In this document: positions 1 to 7,167 of the stretch, piece by piece
Position numbering within the stretch: the stretch's first letter is position 1
Layout: the number at the start of each line of letters is the position of its first letter
Source of the DNA: Pseudomonadota bacterium
GTDB taxonomy: Bacteria; Bdellovibrionota; Bdellovibrionia; Bdellovibrionales; SG-bin7
Assembly (NCBI GenBank): GCA_034439715.1
Contig: JAWXAY010000069.1
Span: 1 to 39,188 of the forward strand
Direction of reading: 5' to 3'
DNA length: 39,188 bases
Position numbers and translations under genes: made by a program
The notes under the pieces: model-generated
The model's database searches: none
What the model was told of the DNA's origin: nothing
What the model saw: the letters and a program-made list of their open reading frames with translations, nothing else

Positions 1-94
1 CTACGTTGAACGATACATGCAATATATGCATTGGGAAAATACAAAAAAGAAATTACCAGCTATTTTTCTGGACCCGATGATGTCTCAAAATTTT

Positions 95-679
95 TCAAGG
101 CTTCTGAAATCTAGCCTCATAACAGACTTCATTACGCATGAGGTATTTCTTCTCGAAATGTGTCAGTGGTGTTTCATTACCCGGGATAATCCGATTAGTA
201 AGGATATGAAGTCTCCATTGATGTTCTGCCCCAAATAGTACTTCATCTATATATGGCTTTTCATTAGTACGAAAAATGATTTCTCCGCCGGGTTTTATGA
301 CTTCCAAAAGCTTTTCCATAAACGGCATTCGAATCCAACGCCGCGCCTGATTTTTTGGATTAGGATTGGGATAGAGAATAAAACATCTGGAAATACTGTT
401 TGGAACTAAAAAATGCGTCACCCAGGCCACAGCATCGGCGTGAACTGCGTGCAGATTATTAATTTGCGAATGGTGCTCCAAGCGACGCTGAAATTTTTCG
501 TACTTATTGCGCGTTTTCTCGATCGCGATCAAAAATCTATTGGGATTTTGCTGCGCGTATTTGATGGGATGAAGTCCCACTCCGCAACCAATTTCTAAAT
601 CAACGGGCCCTTCGGGCACGACAAATATTGGTAAATTTGAGGGTCTGCTAACATAATTCTCTTTAAAAGATCTGATCAT
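95..679 (-). CDS. trmB: TrmB-like SAM-dependent tRNA (guanine-N7)-methyltransferase with divergent active-site motifs
   Basis: SAM motif LEIGCGVG, AIEK, ADA, YPNPNPK (canonical FPDPWPK), C-terminal THFEKKY. ATG at 679 preferred over the GTG at 718. Confidence 0.8.
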   Translation of the reverse strand: MIRSFKENYVSRPSNLPIFVVPEGPVDLEIGCGVGLHPIKYAQQNPNRFLIAIEKTRNKYEKFQRRLEHHSQINNLHAVHADAVAWVTHFLVPNSISRCFILYPNPNPKNQARRWIRMPFMEKLLEVIKPGGEIIFRTNEKPYIDEVLFGAEHQWRLHILTNRIIPGNETPLTHFEKKYLMRNEVCYEARFQKP

Positions 680-729
680 TGTTTTTTTTAATTGAAATGA
701 ATCGAAAAGACAAGTCACTCTGCTTTTTT

Positions 730-1464
730 CTAAAATCTAATACCTATTCCAACACCCGCTTGAAGTGAGGTTTGCTTTGAGTCGGTAAAATTGAAACTGC
801 TTCTTTCGGTGGAGCCAATCAACTCAAACCAGCGGCGCGCAAAAAATCGCATACTCACTTTTGCGCCCACGCTATCGCCCGAATTCAGTTTGAGTTGGCC
901 AACTTTTCTTCCGGCTGTTTGAAGTCCATAAAAAGCCATCTCAATGTCATACTTTCTTGAGGGATTAAATCTCACACCTAACTCAACACCCGTCTGAAGA
1001 ATCGGCGCAAACGCCAGATTTATTTCAGTGACCGAAATACTCTCGACAAAACTGTAGTCTTTACTCGCAATAATAAGACCGGCGTATAATCGCTTGTCGT
1101 TAATTGAAATGCGTCCTTCAATTGAGTTGAGCGCCGATGGCTGCTGAGCGATTGTTCTCTCCCCAGTGTCCTGGTTAAGAAAGGTCAGAGTTTTCATGGC
1201 GTAATCCAGAGAAAGTGCCAACAACCCTTGTTGACCTCTGCCCGCTGTGCCTCTGCTACCTCCTGGACTTGATGAACCTTTGCCACCTTTTCGATATACG
1301 TACCCCAAACCCACGGACACACCAGGTTCGGAAGCCACTTTTCCGTCTATGCCTAATTCTGCCATTGTAATTTGCGCTGTGGAACTTAGAGCTGAAATGT
1401 TGAACTCTGCCCAACTTGGCTGACTAAATAATTCTAGCACTAAAAAAATAAGAAAAAAATTAAT
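730..1464 (-). CDS. Putative outer-membrane beta-barrel protein
   Basis: Alternating amphipathic strands and a C-terminal beta-signal-like end (AGVGIGIRF). The ORF track starts at GTG 1440, but the frame stays open to an ATT at 1464, which follows an AGAGGG SD and completes a signal peptide (xNFFLIFLVLELFSQPSWA). Confidence 0.6.
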   Translation of the reverse strand: MNFFLIFLVLELFSQPSWAEFNISALSSTAQITMAELGIDGKVASEPGVSVGLGYVYRKGGKGSSSPGGSRGTAGRGQQGLLALSLDYAMKTLTFLNQDTGERTIAQQPSALNSIEGRISINDKRLYAGLIIASKDYSFVESISVTEINLAFAPILQTGVELGVRFNPSRKYDIEMAFYGLQTAGRKVGQLKLNSGDSVGAKVSMRFFARRWFELIGSTERSSFNFTDSKQTSLQAGVGIGIRF

Positions 1465-1483
1465 CTGCTGGGCCCTCTATGAC

Positions 1484-2938
1484 CTAGATGCTAAAATACA
1501 GAACTATCCATCTTGTTCCATCATATATAAGTGTAACTATTGCGGGTGAAGCTGCATTTGCTGAGGTGAGTGTCGCCAAACTATTTGTGTAGATAGTTTT
1601 ATTATTTCCTGTACATGCCGTAGCGTGAATTACGGTAAAAAAACCAGCGACTGTTGCGCCCAAATTGGGATTTGCAACCAGAACAAGAATATTGCCGGCC
1701 ACTGCATTGGTAGAATCTATGCACCTAAGTGCAACTGTAAACGCTCCCATGGTCAGCGTATGAAATGCGGTAGTATAAACGAGAGCCCCCGCATCGTTAT
1801 AGTTGGTATTTGCAGCAATATTTGCGTTGGTGGGAGTGCCATATGAGAGTTTGCCAACGGTCGCAGTACCCGTGACGGCTAACGTCCCTCCAACAGTCGC
1901 ATTATTAGTTACTGAGAGTGCGGTACCAGCTGCAGACAAAGTTGTTGCTGCCGTAAAAGTTTTGGCGCCCGCAATAGTCGCTTGAACAGACGATAGATCG
2001 ACGAAGTTTTGGGTAGTAGACCCGGTGCCGCCTTGACCAATCGACAGTGCTGTCGACAAGCCCGACAAAGAAGTAATGTCGGAGTTCGCTCCCGAGGCCG
2101 CAGCACCTAAACTTGTTAGAGCTCCACCCGCGGTGGTTGCGCCCGTTCCGCCCTGACCTACTGACAGTGCTGTAGTTAAGCCGGTAAGCGAGGTAATGTC
2201 AGAATTCGCAGCCGATTTAGCAGCCACTAAATTGGTGCGGGCATTGGTCGCATTAGCCGCGCCCGTTCCACCATTAGCAACAGCTACTGTGCCAGTGACG
2301 GTGCCTGAAGTTGTTGAGGTGTCGGCATTTCCAGTTACACTGCCAGTTACATTTCCTGTTACATTGCCAGTTACATTGCCAGTAATGTTAATTGTGTATG
2401 TTCCAGAATTAATGACTGTTGAAAAATCGCCAGCTGTCATTTTAGCCGCTGTAACTGCGCCGTTTAGAAGCGACGCTGTCGCGACAGAATCCGTGCCGGC
2501 ATTATTACAAAGCTCAGCCACCATAGCAGTGGGTACGGCCGAAATAGGCACAGATGTGAACGTATTGTCATAGCTCGAATTATTGTCGACATCGATTTCG
2601 ACATCCACGTTAAGTGAAACTGCACCGCTTGCTAAAGAAAATAAAACAGGATTAAAGGCCACTGCCGAATCATCGTTACCCGTAAAAGAAACGTTAAATA
2701 TCCCATTGGTCAATGTAATCGATCCATAGGCTTTTCGCCAAACGGACGTGCCATCTTGTTTCACCGAAAATCGCATACCGTATGTGCCGTCGGGAAAGGG
2801 AACTCCTGATGGATTTGTCAAAAAACCTTGATAGGCAACACGCTTGTTGATGGTGTTTGGGGCTGCGAAAGCCGTGCCTACACTTAAGATTAATGTGAAA
2901 AATAAAAACCAAACATTATTGATTATTGGCTGACACAT
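1484..2938 (-). CDS. Secreted phage-tail-fibre-like adhesin (resembles Bdellovibrio mosaic adhesive trimer fibres), no S74 chaperone domain
   Basis: Signal peptide ending AFA; N-terminal YQGFL...NGIFNV...SAVPTA domain; VTGN repeats; two 40-aa GGTG..NSDITSL.GL.TALS.GQ repeats; QATIAGAKTF motif; C-terminal YDGTRW. ATG 2938 has GGAG 6 nt upstream. Confidence 0.7.
   Translation of the reverse strand: MCQPIINNVWFLFFTLILSVGTAFAAPNTINKRVAYQGFLTNPSGVPFPDGTYGMRFSVKQDGTSVWRKAYGSITLTNGIFNVSFTGNDDSAVAFNPVLFSLASGAVSLNVDVEIDVDNNSSYDNTFTSVPISAVPTAMVAELCNNAGTDSVATASLLNGAVTAAKMTAGDFSTVINSGTYTINITGNVTGNVTGNVTGSVTGNADTSTTSGTVTGTVAVANGGTGAANATNARTNLVAAKSAANSDITSLTGLTTALSVGQGGTGATTAGGALTSLGAAASGANSDITSLSGLSTALSIGQGGTGSTTQNFVDLSSVQATIAGAKTFTAATTLSAAGTALSVTNNATVGGTLAVTGTATVGKLSYGTPTNANIAANTNYNDAGALVYTTAFHTLTMGAFTVALRCIDSTNAVAGNILVLVANPNLGATVAGFFTVIHATACTGNNKTIYTNSLATLTSANAASPAIVTLIYDGTRWIVLYFSI
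2021..2272 (-). repeat. Two 120-bp (40-aa) imperfect tandem repeats plus a partial third copy in the fibre gene
   Basis: GGTGAANATNARTNLVAAKSAANSDITSLTGLTTALSVGQ / GGTGATTAGGALTSLGAAASGANSDITSLSGLSTALSIGQ / GGTG. DNA at 2041 and 2161 aligns at exactly 120-bp offset. Confidence 0.9.
2327..2386 (-). repeat. Five 12-bp (4-aa) tandem repeats ITGN/VTGN/VTGN/VTGS/VTGN
   Basis: Plus strand shows repeated (t/g)cc(a/t)gttaca units with 12-bp period. Confidence 0.85.
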
Positions 2939-3800
2939 TCGTGACTCCAATATAATGTTTGTGGCCGTCTGGCGCCGAAAAAATAACTGGCGCCGCAGTT
3001 AAAAAGGGCGAAGTAGAAACAGAAACAAGCCTCACGCCGCTATTAGTGATTGGCGCCGCCAATCCCGAGCCAGAGGTATCTGAAATTTGAAGTGTAAAAG
3101 ATGACTCATACGCCACCTGAATAGTGTCTGCAGTTGAACCATTACCCGCAACATCAAGAGCTGTAAAAGAAAGTATTTTTGTTTGTCCCGAGGTCAATGT
3201 GCTGTCTAATTGAAAGGTCTGTGAAACCGCGGTAAAAGACAGAGTTCCATTATCTGTAGTCGTGAGACTAAAGGTATCAGAGGAAGTCGTCCCATTGATA
3301 GTGACGTTGGCAACCGTTATGACCATATTGGCGCCACCATTGGTAGTTATTACCGGCGCTGCAGGTGCAACGGTATCAACCCTTAAATTTTTAGTTATCG
3401 TCCCGTTGGTCGATGGCAGACCGTCGCCCAGTAGCACGGGCACAAAACTTAAAACGACAGCGACATCTGTTCCAAATGAATTACTCCAAGAAAAATTTCC
3501 TGTGGCAGAGCAGACAGGCGTGGCCGAAGTGGACCCATCAATTTTTATGATTACTGACTTGATAGTGCGCGAACAAGTACCCGTAAAATCCACTGTTCGC
3601 GAATTAGTATGTATTGTGCCGGCGGCGTCTTTTTTCCAAGCAGATTCATTGGCTCCTTGAAAAGTTGTCAACACCAACTCCGCACCAACCGATGCGTTGT
3701 CGTATTTAACAGTTGTTTTATTACCGCAAGCGACAGCGCTCAAAATAATAAAAATTAAAAGCAAACGACTCTTAATGGTCATTTTTTCTTTTGTGTTCAT
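2916..3800 (-). CDS. Lipoprotein with bacterial Ig-like domains
   Basis: Lipobox LSAVAC-G after a hydrophobic stretch; Thr/Ser-rich beta sequence; Ig-like signatures RVDTVAPAAPVIT and TALDVAGNGS. Start could be 3803 (GTG), 3800 (ATG) or 3782 (ATG). Confidence 0.7.
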   Translation of the reverse strand: MNTKEKMTIKSRLLLIFIILSAVACGNKTTVKYDNASVGAELVLTTFQGANESAWKKDAAGTIHTNSRTVDFTGTCSRTIKSVIIKIDGSTSATPVCSATGNFSWSNSFGTDVAVVLSFVPVLLGDGLPSTNGTITKNLRVDTVAPAAPVITTNGGANMVITVANVTINGTTSSDTFSLTTTDNGTLSFTAVSQTFQLDSTLTSGQTKILSFTALDVAGNGSTADTIQVAYESSFTLQISDTSGSGLAAPITNSGVRLVSVSTSPFLTAAPVIFSAPDGHKHYIGVTNVSANNQ

Positions 3801-3808
3801 CACACTAT

Positions 3809-3835
3809 CTATCGGATAAAATTAACGAATTCTTA
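3809..3835 (-). promoter_or_regulatory. Putative FliA (sigma28) promoter
   Basis: Minus strand reads TAAG-N15-TCCGATAG (consensus TAAA-N15-GCCGATAA), immediately upstream of the lipoprotein gene. Confidence 0.7.
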
Positions 3836-4050
3836 ATAGATAGCTGGTGACACTCGACTAGACTTGCGCCTTTACGCATGTGCGTGTTTGTGAAAAAAAA
3901 TGGGAGACGATAGGGACTAAAGTCGAGAGTATGGCGACCAATGCGGTCGATGTCCCGCCAACTCTTGTTAAAATTATAGAAGCTCTGTTTTTTTAAAAAA
4001 AAATAAAAACCTTGTGCTGGTTTCTTGGACAGCCCTTCGGATTAAATGGC

Positions 4051-4080
4051 TTGACAAAATCTTGAGATATTTCAGACAAT
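4051..4080 (+). promoter_or_regulatory. Putative sigma70 promoter for the DUF3015 genes
   Basis: TTGACA-N18-GACAAT, 40 nt upstream of ATG 4121; AGGGAG SD before the start. Confidence 0.5.
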
Positions 4081-4120
4081 TAATAAAACAACGCTCAACA
4101 TTTTTTAGGGAGAAAAAAGT

Positions 4121-4780
4121 ATGATAAAAGTAACTAGCATCGTTGTTTCTTTGGTGATGTTTTGGGGAGCAACCCCCACTTTTGCCGAGGAAAACTTAAA
4201 TATCGTTAACCCCGCGCAAGACGCTACGCTGTCAGATGATATTGAAGACGGTATCGTTTTAGCTCCAGGCAACAACAAGAAAAAGAAAAAGAAAAAGAAA
4301 CCATCAGAAGACTCTATGAGTGAAACTACTGAAAAGTCCGAATCGGCCCCTATGTCAAGTAGTGGTGGTTACAGTTATGGAACTGCCGGCTGTGGTCTCG
4401 GCTCAATCGTTTTTGGTGATAAGCCTGGGTTTATGCAAGTTGTGGCCGCGACATTGAATGGAACGGGATACCAGACTTTTGGCATCACTACGGGCACCTC
4501 TAACTGTGGCAGCGGAGGAAAGTCCAGTGCTTACGAATTTATTAAGGCAAATAAAGTGGCTCTTGCCAGTGAAATCTCGCGTGGACAAGGCGAAGCTATT
4601 GAAAGCTTATCAAAAATCTTAGACTGCTCAGACAGTAAGGCAGTCGGATCCGTTCTACAAAAAAACTTCATTAATATTTACCCCAACGAAATGGTTACTG
4701 CAGAACAAGTTGGCGGAGCTATATTTGAGGCTCTGAAAAATCAAAGTTCGGACAACTTAACTTGTAACATCGTCGGATAA
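4121..4780 (+). CDS. DUF3015-like secreted protein with an acidic/poly-Lys N-terminal extension
   Basis: Signal peptide (TFA|EE); motifs YGTAGCGLGS, AATLNGT, TFGITTGTSNC, LASEISRGQGE...L..ILDC. Confidence 0.75.
   Translation: MIKVTSIVVSLVMFWGATPTFAEENLNIVNPAQDATLSDDIEDGIVLAPGNNKKKKKKKKPSEDSMSETTEKSESAPMSSSGGYSYGTAGCGLGSIVFGDKPGFMQVVAATLNGTGYQTFGITTGTSNCGSGGKSSAYEFIKANKVALASEISRGQGEAIESLSKILDCSDSKAVGSVLQKNFINIYPNEMVTAEQVGGAIFEALKNQSSDNLTCNIVG
4277..4300 (+). repeat. (AAGAAA)x4 in-frame simple repeat encoding Lys8
   Basis: aagaaaaagaaaaagaaaaagaaa read directly. Confidence 0.9.
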
Positions 4781-4803
4781 ACGGCAAATACGGGAGAATA
4801 AAT

Positions 4804-5283
4804 ATGAAAAAAATAATTATGTTAACAGTATTGGTTTTTGGATCTCTTGCATGGAGTCGCCCTTACGGTGATGCAGGTTGTGGTTTGGGGTCGATTGTCA
4901 TGGGTGCTGATGGCAGTCAAATTTTAGCAGCAACATTGAATGCGACTGGATTTCAAACGGTTGGAATTACCGTCGGCACTTCTAACTGCACTGATGCACC
5001 CGGCGCTAGCGGAGCTAGCAGCGAAGAGGCCCAAATTCGATACTTTATTGAAGTAAACAGAATCTCTTTAGCTTCCGATATTTCGCGCGGCCAGGGAGAA
5101 ACTATAGACCACTTATCAGCAATGCTGGGCTGCAACTCTCAAAAGGTGGGGTCAACTCTTAAAAAGAACTATGAACAAATTTTTAAGAACGACAATCTGA
5201 GCACAAAAGAAATTGAATCATCAATTTTTAACGTTCTCGGCGTTAGCAAGGTATCTCAGGGTTCTTGTACAAATTTAGGCTGA
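4804..5283 (+). CDS. DUF3015-like secreted protein (tandem paralog)
   Basis: Signal peptide; YGDAGCGLGS, AATLNAT, GITVGTSNC, LASDISRGQGE...MLGC; GGGAG SD; clearly alignable to the upstream gene. Confidence 0.8.
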   Translation: MKKIIMLTVLVFGSLAWSRPYGDAGCGLGSIVMGADGSQILAATLNATGFQTVGITVGTSNCTDAPGASGASSEEAQIRYFIEVNRISLASDISRGQGETIDHLSAMLGCNSQKVGSTLKKNYEQIFKNDNLSTKEIESSIFNVLGVSKVSQGSCTNLG

Positions 5284-7160
5284 GGATACTCAATTTTATT
5301 ATTGGGGCCATCTTTGGATGGCCTTTTTTTATATTCCCCACCTCGACTTTTGGCGAGGAATTAAGTTCTCTTGCCCAAAGTAAGCACTGGTTACGTTTAC
5401 TACACTTTCAAACATCTCTTTTTGGAAAACAAGAGAGCCAAGTTGATAGTCCAATCTTTTTTCTTTCTGGCAATAAACAAGACGCCGAAGCAGAACTGCG
5501 ATCTACACTTAAAGCACTTTACCTTCCGCAGGATCCTCAAAAATTAGACGAACACGCGCAATGTCGATTTCCAGCCAGAACAGCATGGCTCATAAAAAAT
5601 CTGAGGATTTCTGATCTGCCACTTGTTAGGTGCCCCGCTTTTACAGGATATTTTGAACGCATCAAAGCCAAGTCTATCGTACTTATCTTTTCTTCTTATA
5701 ACACAGGGGGCCCCAGCTCTCTTTTTGGCCATACATTTGTGCGTATAAATCAAAGAAAAAGCGACGACGACGGACCCAATTTTGACTTAACAAATATGGG
5801 ATTTAACTTTGCCGCTAATCAAGATACCGATAACCCCATTCTTTACACCATTAAGGGTATTTTTGGGGGCTTTAAGGGAGTTTTCTCTTTGGTGCCTTTT
5901 TACTACAAAGTGCGTGAGTATTCTGATTTCGAATCACGCGACCTATGGGAGTATGAATTTAAATTTACTGAAGAGGAATCAAAGTTTTTCGTAAAACACT
6001 TGTGGGAACTTGGCGACGCCTGGTTTGACTACACTTATTTTTTTGAAAACTGTTCGTGGCATATGCTGACGGCGCTCGAAGCCATCCGTCCCGATTTAAA
6101 CTTCACCGAACATCTGCAATTTGCTACCATTCCCAGTGATACAGTCAGAGTTCTGTTCCATCATCCTGAAATGCTAAAAGAGGTGAAATTTCGACCCTCG
6201 GCTCAAAGACGTTTTTTGACACGTTATTATGAGCTGTCAAAACCCGAAGCCACTTCTACTCTAGAAATGGTAAAACATCTCTCTACTGATTCGCTACCTG
6301 ACCAAAATAGTTCTCGTGGTAGAGTGCTTGACGCGGCTATAGACTATATGGATTTTGAGTACGCCGCAAATTTGGCGCCCGAAATTTCTAATGAGTTTAC
6401 AAAATTTAAACATGTACTTTTGCGTGAGCGCTCTAAAATTGGCAACTATAACTCTACAATCATCATCCCAGTCCCTGAAAACGAAGCTCCACATTTAGCG
6501 CATTCCTCTAATCGCTGGCAGGTTGGCAATATTTGGCGAGAACATCGCCCATCAGATGTTTCTTTGGGTTACCGTTTTGCCTTACACGACCTGATTGATC
6601 CTCCGCTCGGATTTCCTGAGGGAATCGGACTTGCAATGTTTAACTTTGATTTTACTGCTAATATAAAAACTCATAGTTTTCGTTTAACCGAATTTTCTTT
6701 TTTTGATCTTAAGTCATTCAAATCGGTATTGGGATTTGAACAGGCACTCTCTTGGGAGGCAAAACTTGGTATGTGGAGAACTTCAGATCAAAATTGTTTT
6801 GATTGCCTAGCAACCGCTGGCGAGTCCAGTGTAGGCGTAAATGTTTCACTTTCATCGTTGATGCCTGCCTTGTTTTTTTTGGCCGCTTCAGAAGTAACAT
6901 ATTCCCCCGAATACATAGGTCGAGAGCTCAATCTCAATTTGGGCCCGAAGATTGGAGCAAGTATTTTTTTACCCTTGGGAATACGCTCGCATCATTTCTG
7001 GCAAAGAAAGTTCTTTGTCGAACAAAATGTAGATTTTGAGGACTTCTTTAAGTCAGAAGTTCAAAAGGATTTAAATAAAAAACTGTCTATTCGATTTAAA
7101 TATTCGGCAAGTCTTTTAGAAAAAAATTATTCTGTAGTGTTACTGTTTTATCCTAATTAG
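5265..7160 (+). CDS. DUF4105 (Lnb N-terminal-like, His/Cys) domain protein with probable C-terminal outer-membrane beta-barrel
   Basis: W.RLLH, QCRFPAR..W, SSLFGHTF, ESRDLWEY, HLWEL, Y.YFFENCS motifs; amphipathic beta-strand C-terminal region. TTG start overlaps the upstream stop. Confidence 0.75.
   Translation: MYKFRLRILNFIIGAIFGWPFFIFPTSTFGEELSSLAQSKHWLRLLHFQTSLFGKQESQVDSPIFFLSGNKQDAEAELRSTLKALYLPQDPQKLDEHAQCRFPARTAWLIKNLRISDLPLVRCPAFTGYFERIKAKSIVLIFSSYNTGGPSSLFGHTFVRINQRKSDDDGPNFDLTNMGFNFAANQDTDNPILYTIKGIFGGFKGVFSLVPFYYKVREYSDFESRDLWEYEFKFTEEESKFFVKHLWELGDAWFDYTYFFENCSWHMLTALEAIRPDLNFTEHLQFATIPSDTVRVLFHHPEMLKEVKFRPSAQRRFLTRYYELSKPEATSTLEMVKHLSTDSLPDQNSSRGRVLDAAIDYMDFEYAANLAPEISNEFTKFKHVLLRERSKIGNYNSTIIIPVPENEAPHLAHSSNRWQVGNIWREHRPSDVSLGYRFALHDLIDPPLGFPEGIGLAMFNFDFTANIKTHSFRLTEFSFFDLKSFKSVLGFEQALSWEAKLGMWRTSDQNCFDCLATAGESSVGVNVSLSSLMPALFFLAASEVTYSPEYIGRELNLNLGPKIGASIFLPLGIRSHHFWQRKFFVEQNVDFEDFFKSEVQKDLNKKLSIRFKYSASLLEKNYSVVLLFYPN
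5304..5330 (+). terminator. Rho-independent terminator after the DUF3015 pair, inside the DUF4105 signal-peptide codons
   Basis: GGCCATC-TTTG-GATGGCC followed by TTTTTTT, about 20 nt after the stop at 5283. Confidence 0.75.
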
Positions 7161-7167
7161 GACAGTG

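Noticed and set aside
2..238. Plus-strand frame open from the window edge (ORF track 17..238)
   Set aside because: It could be the 3' end of a gene entering the window, but it has no recognisable motif and overlaps trmB antisense by 144 bp. Not supportable.
1484..2938. Prophage remnant interpretation of the fibre gene
   Set aside because: It has a Sec signal peptide and a host-type promoter, and there are no integrase, capsid, terminase or baseplate genes nearby.
1625..3660. Plus-strand ORFs antisense to the fibre and lipoprotein genes (e.g. 2196..2573, 3262..3660)
   Set aside because: Shadow ORFs produced by Thr/Gly/Ala-rich repetitive codons on the coding strand; no SD or motifs.
3900..3966. 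GGGACTAAAG resembling part of a c-di-GMP-I riboswitch
   Set aside because: Lacks the upstream GGCAAA and GAAA-tetraloop stem and the tetraloop receptor; only a short word matches.
4277..4300. Programmed -1 frameshift at the poly-Lys tract
   Set aside because: Runs are G-AAAAA-G, not the A-AAA-AAG heptamer, and the DUF3015 domain continues in frame 0.
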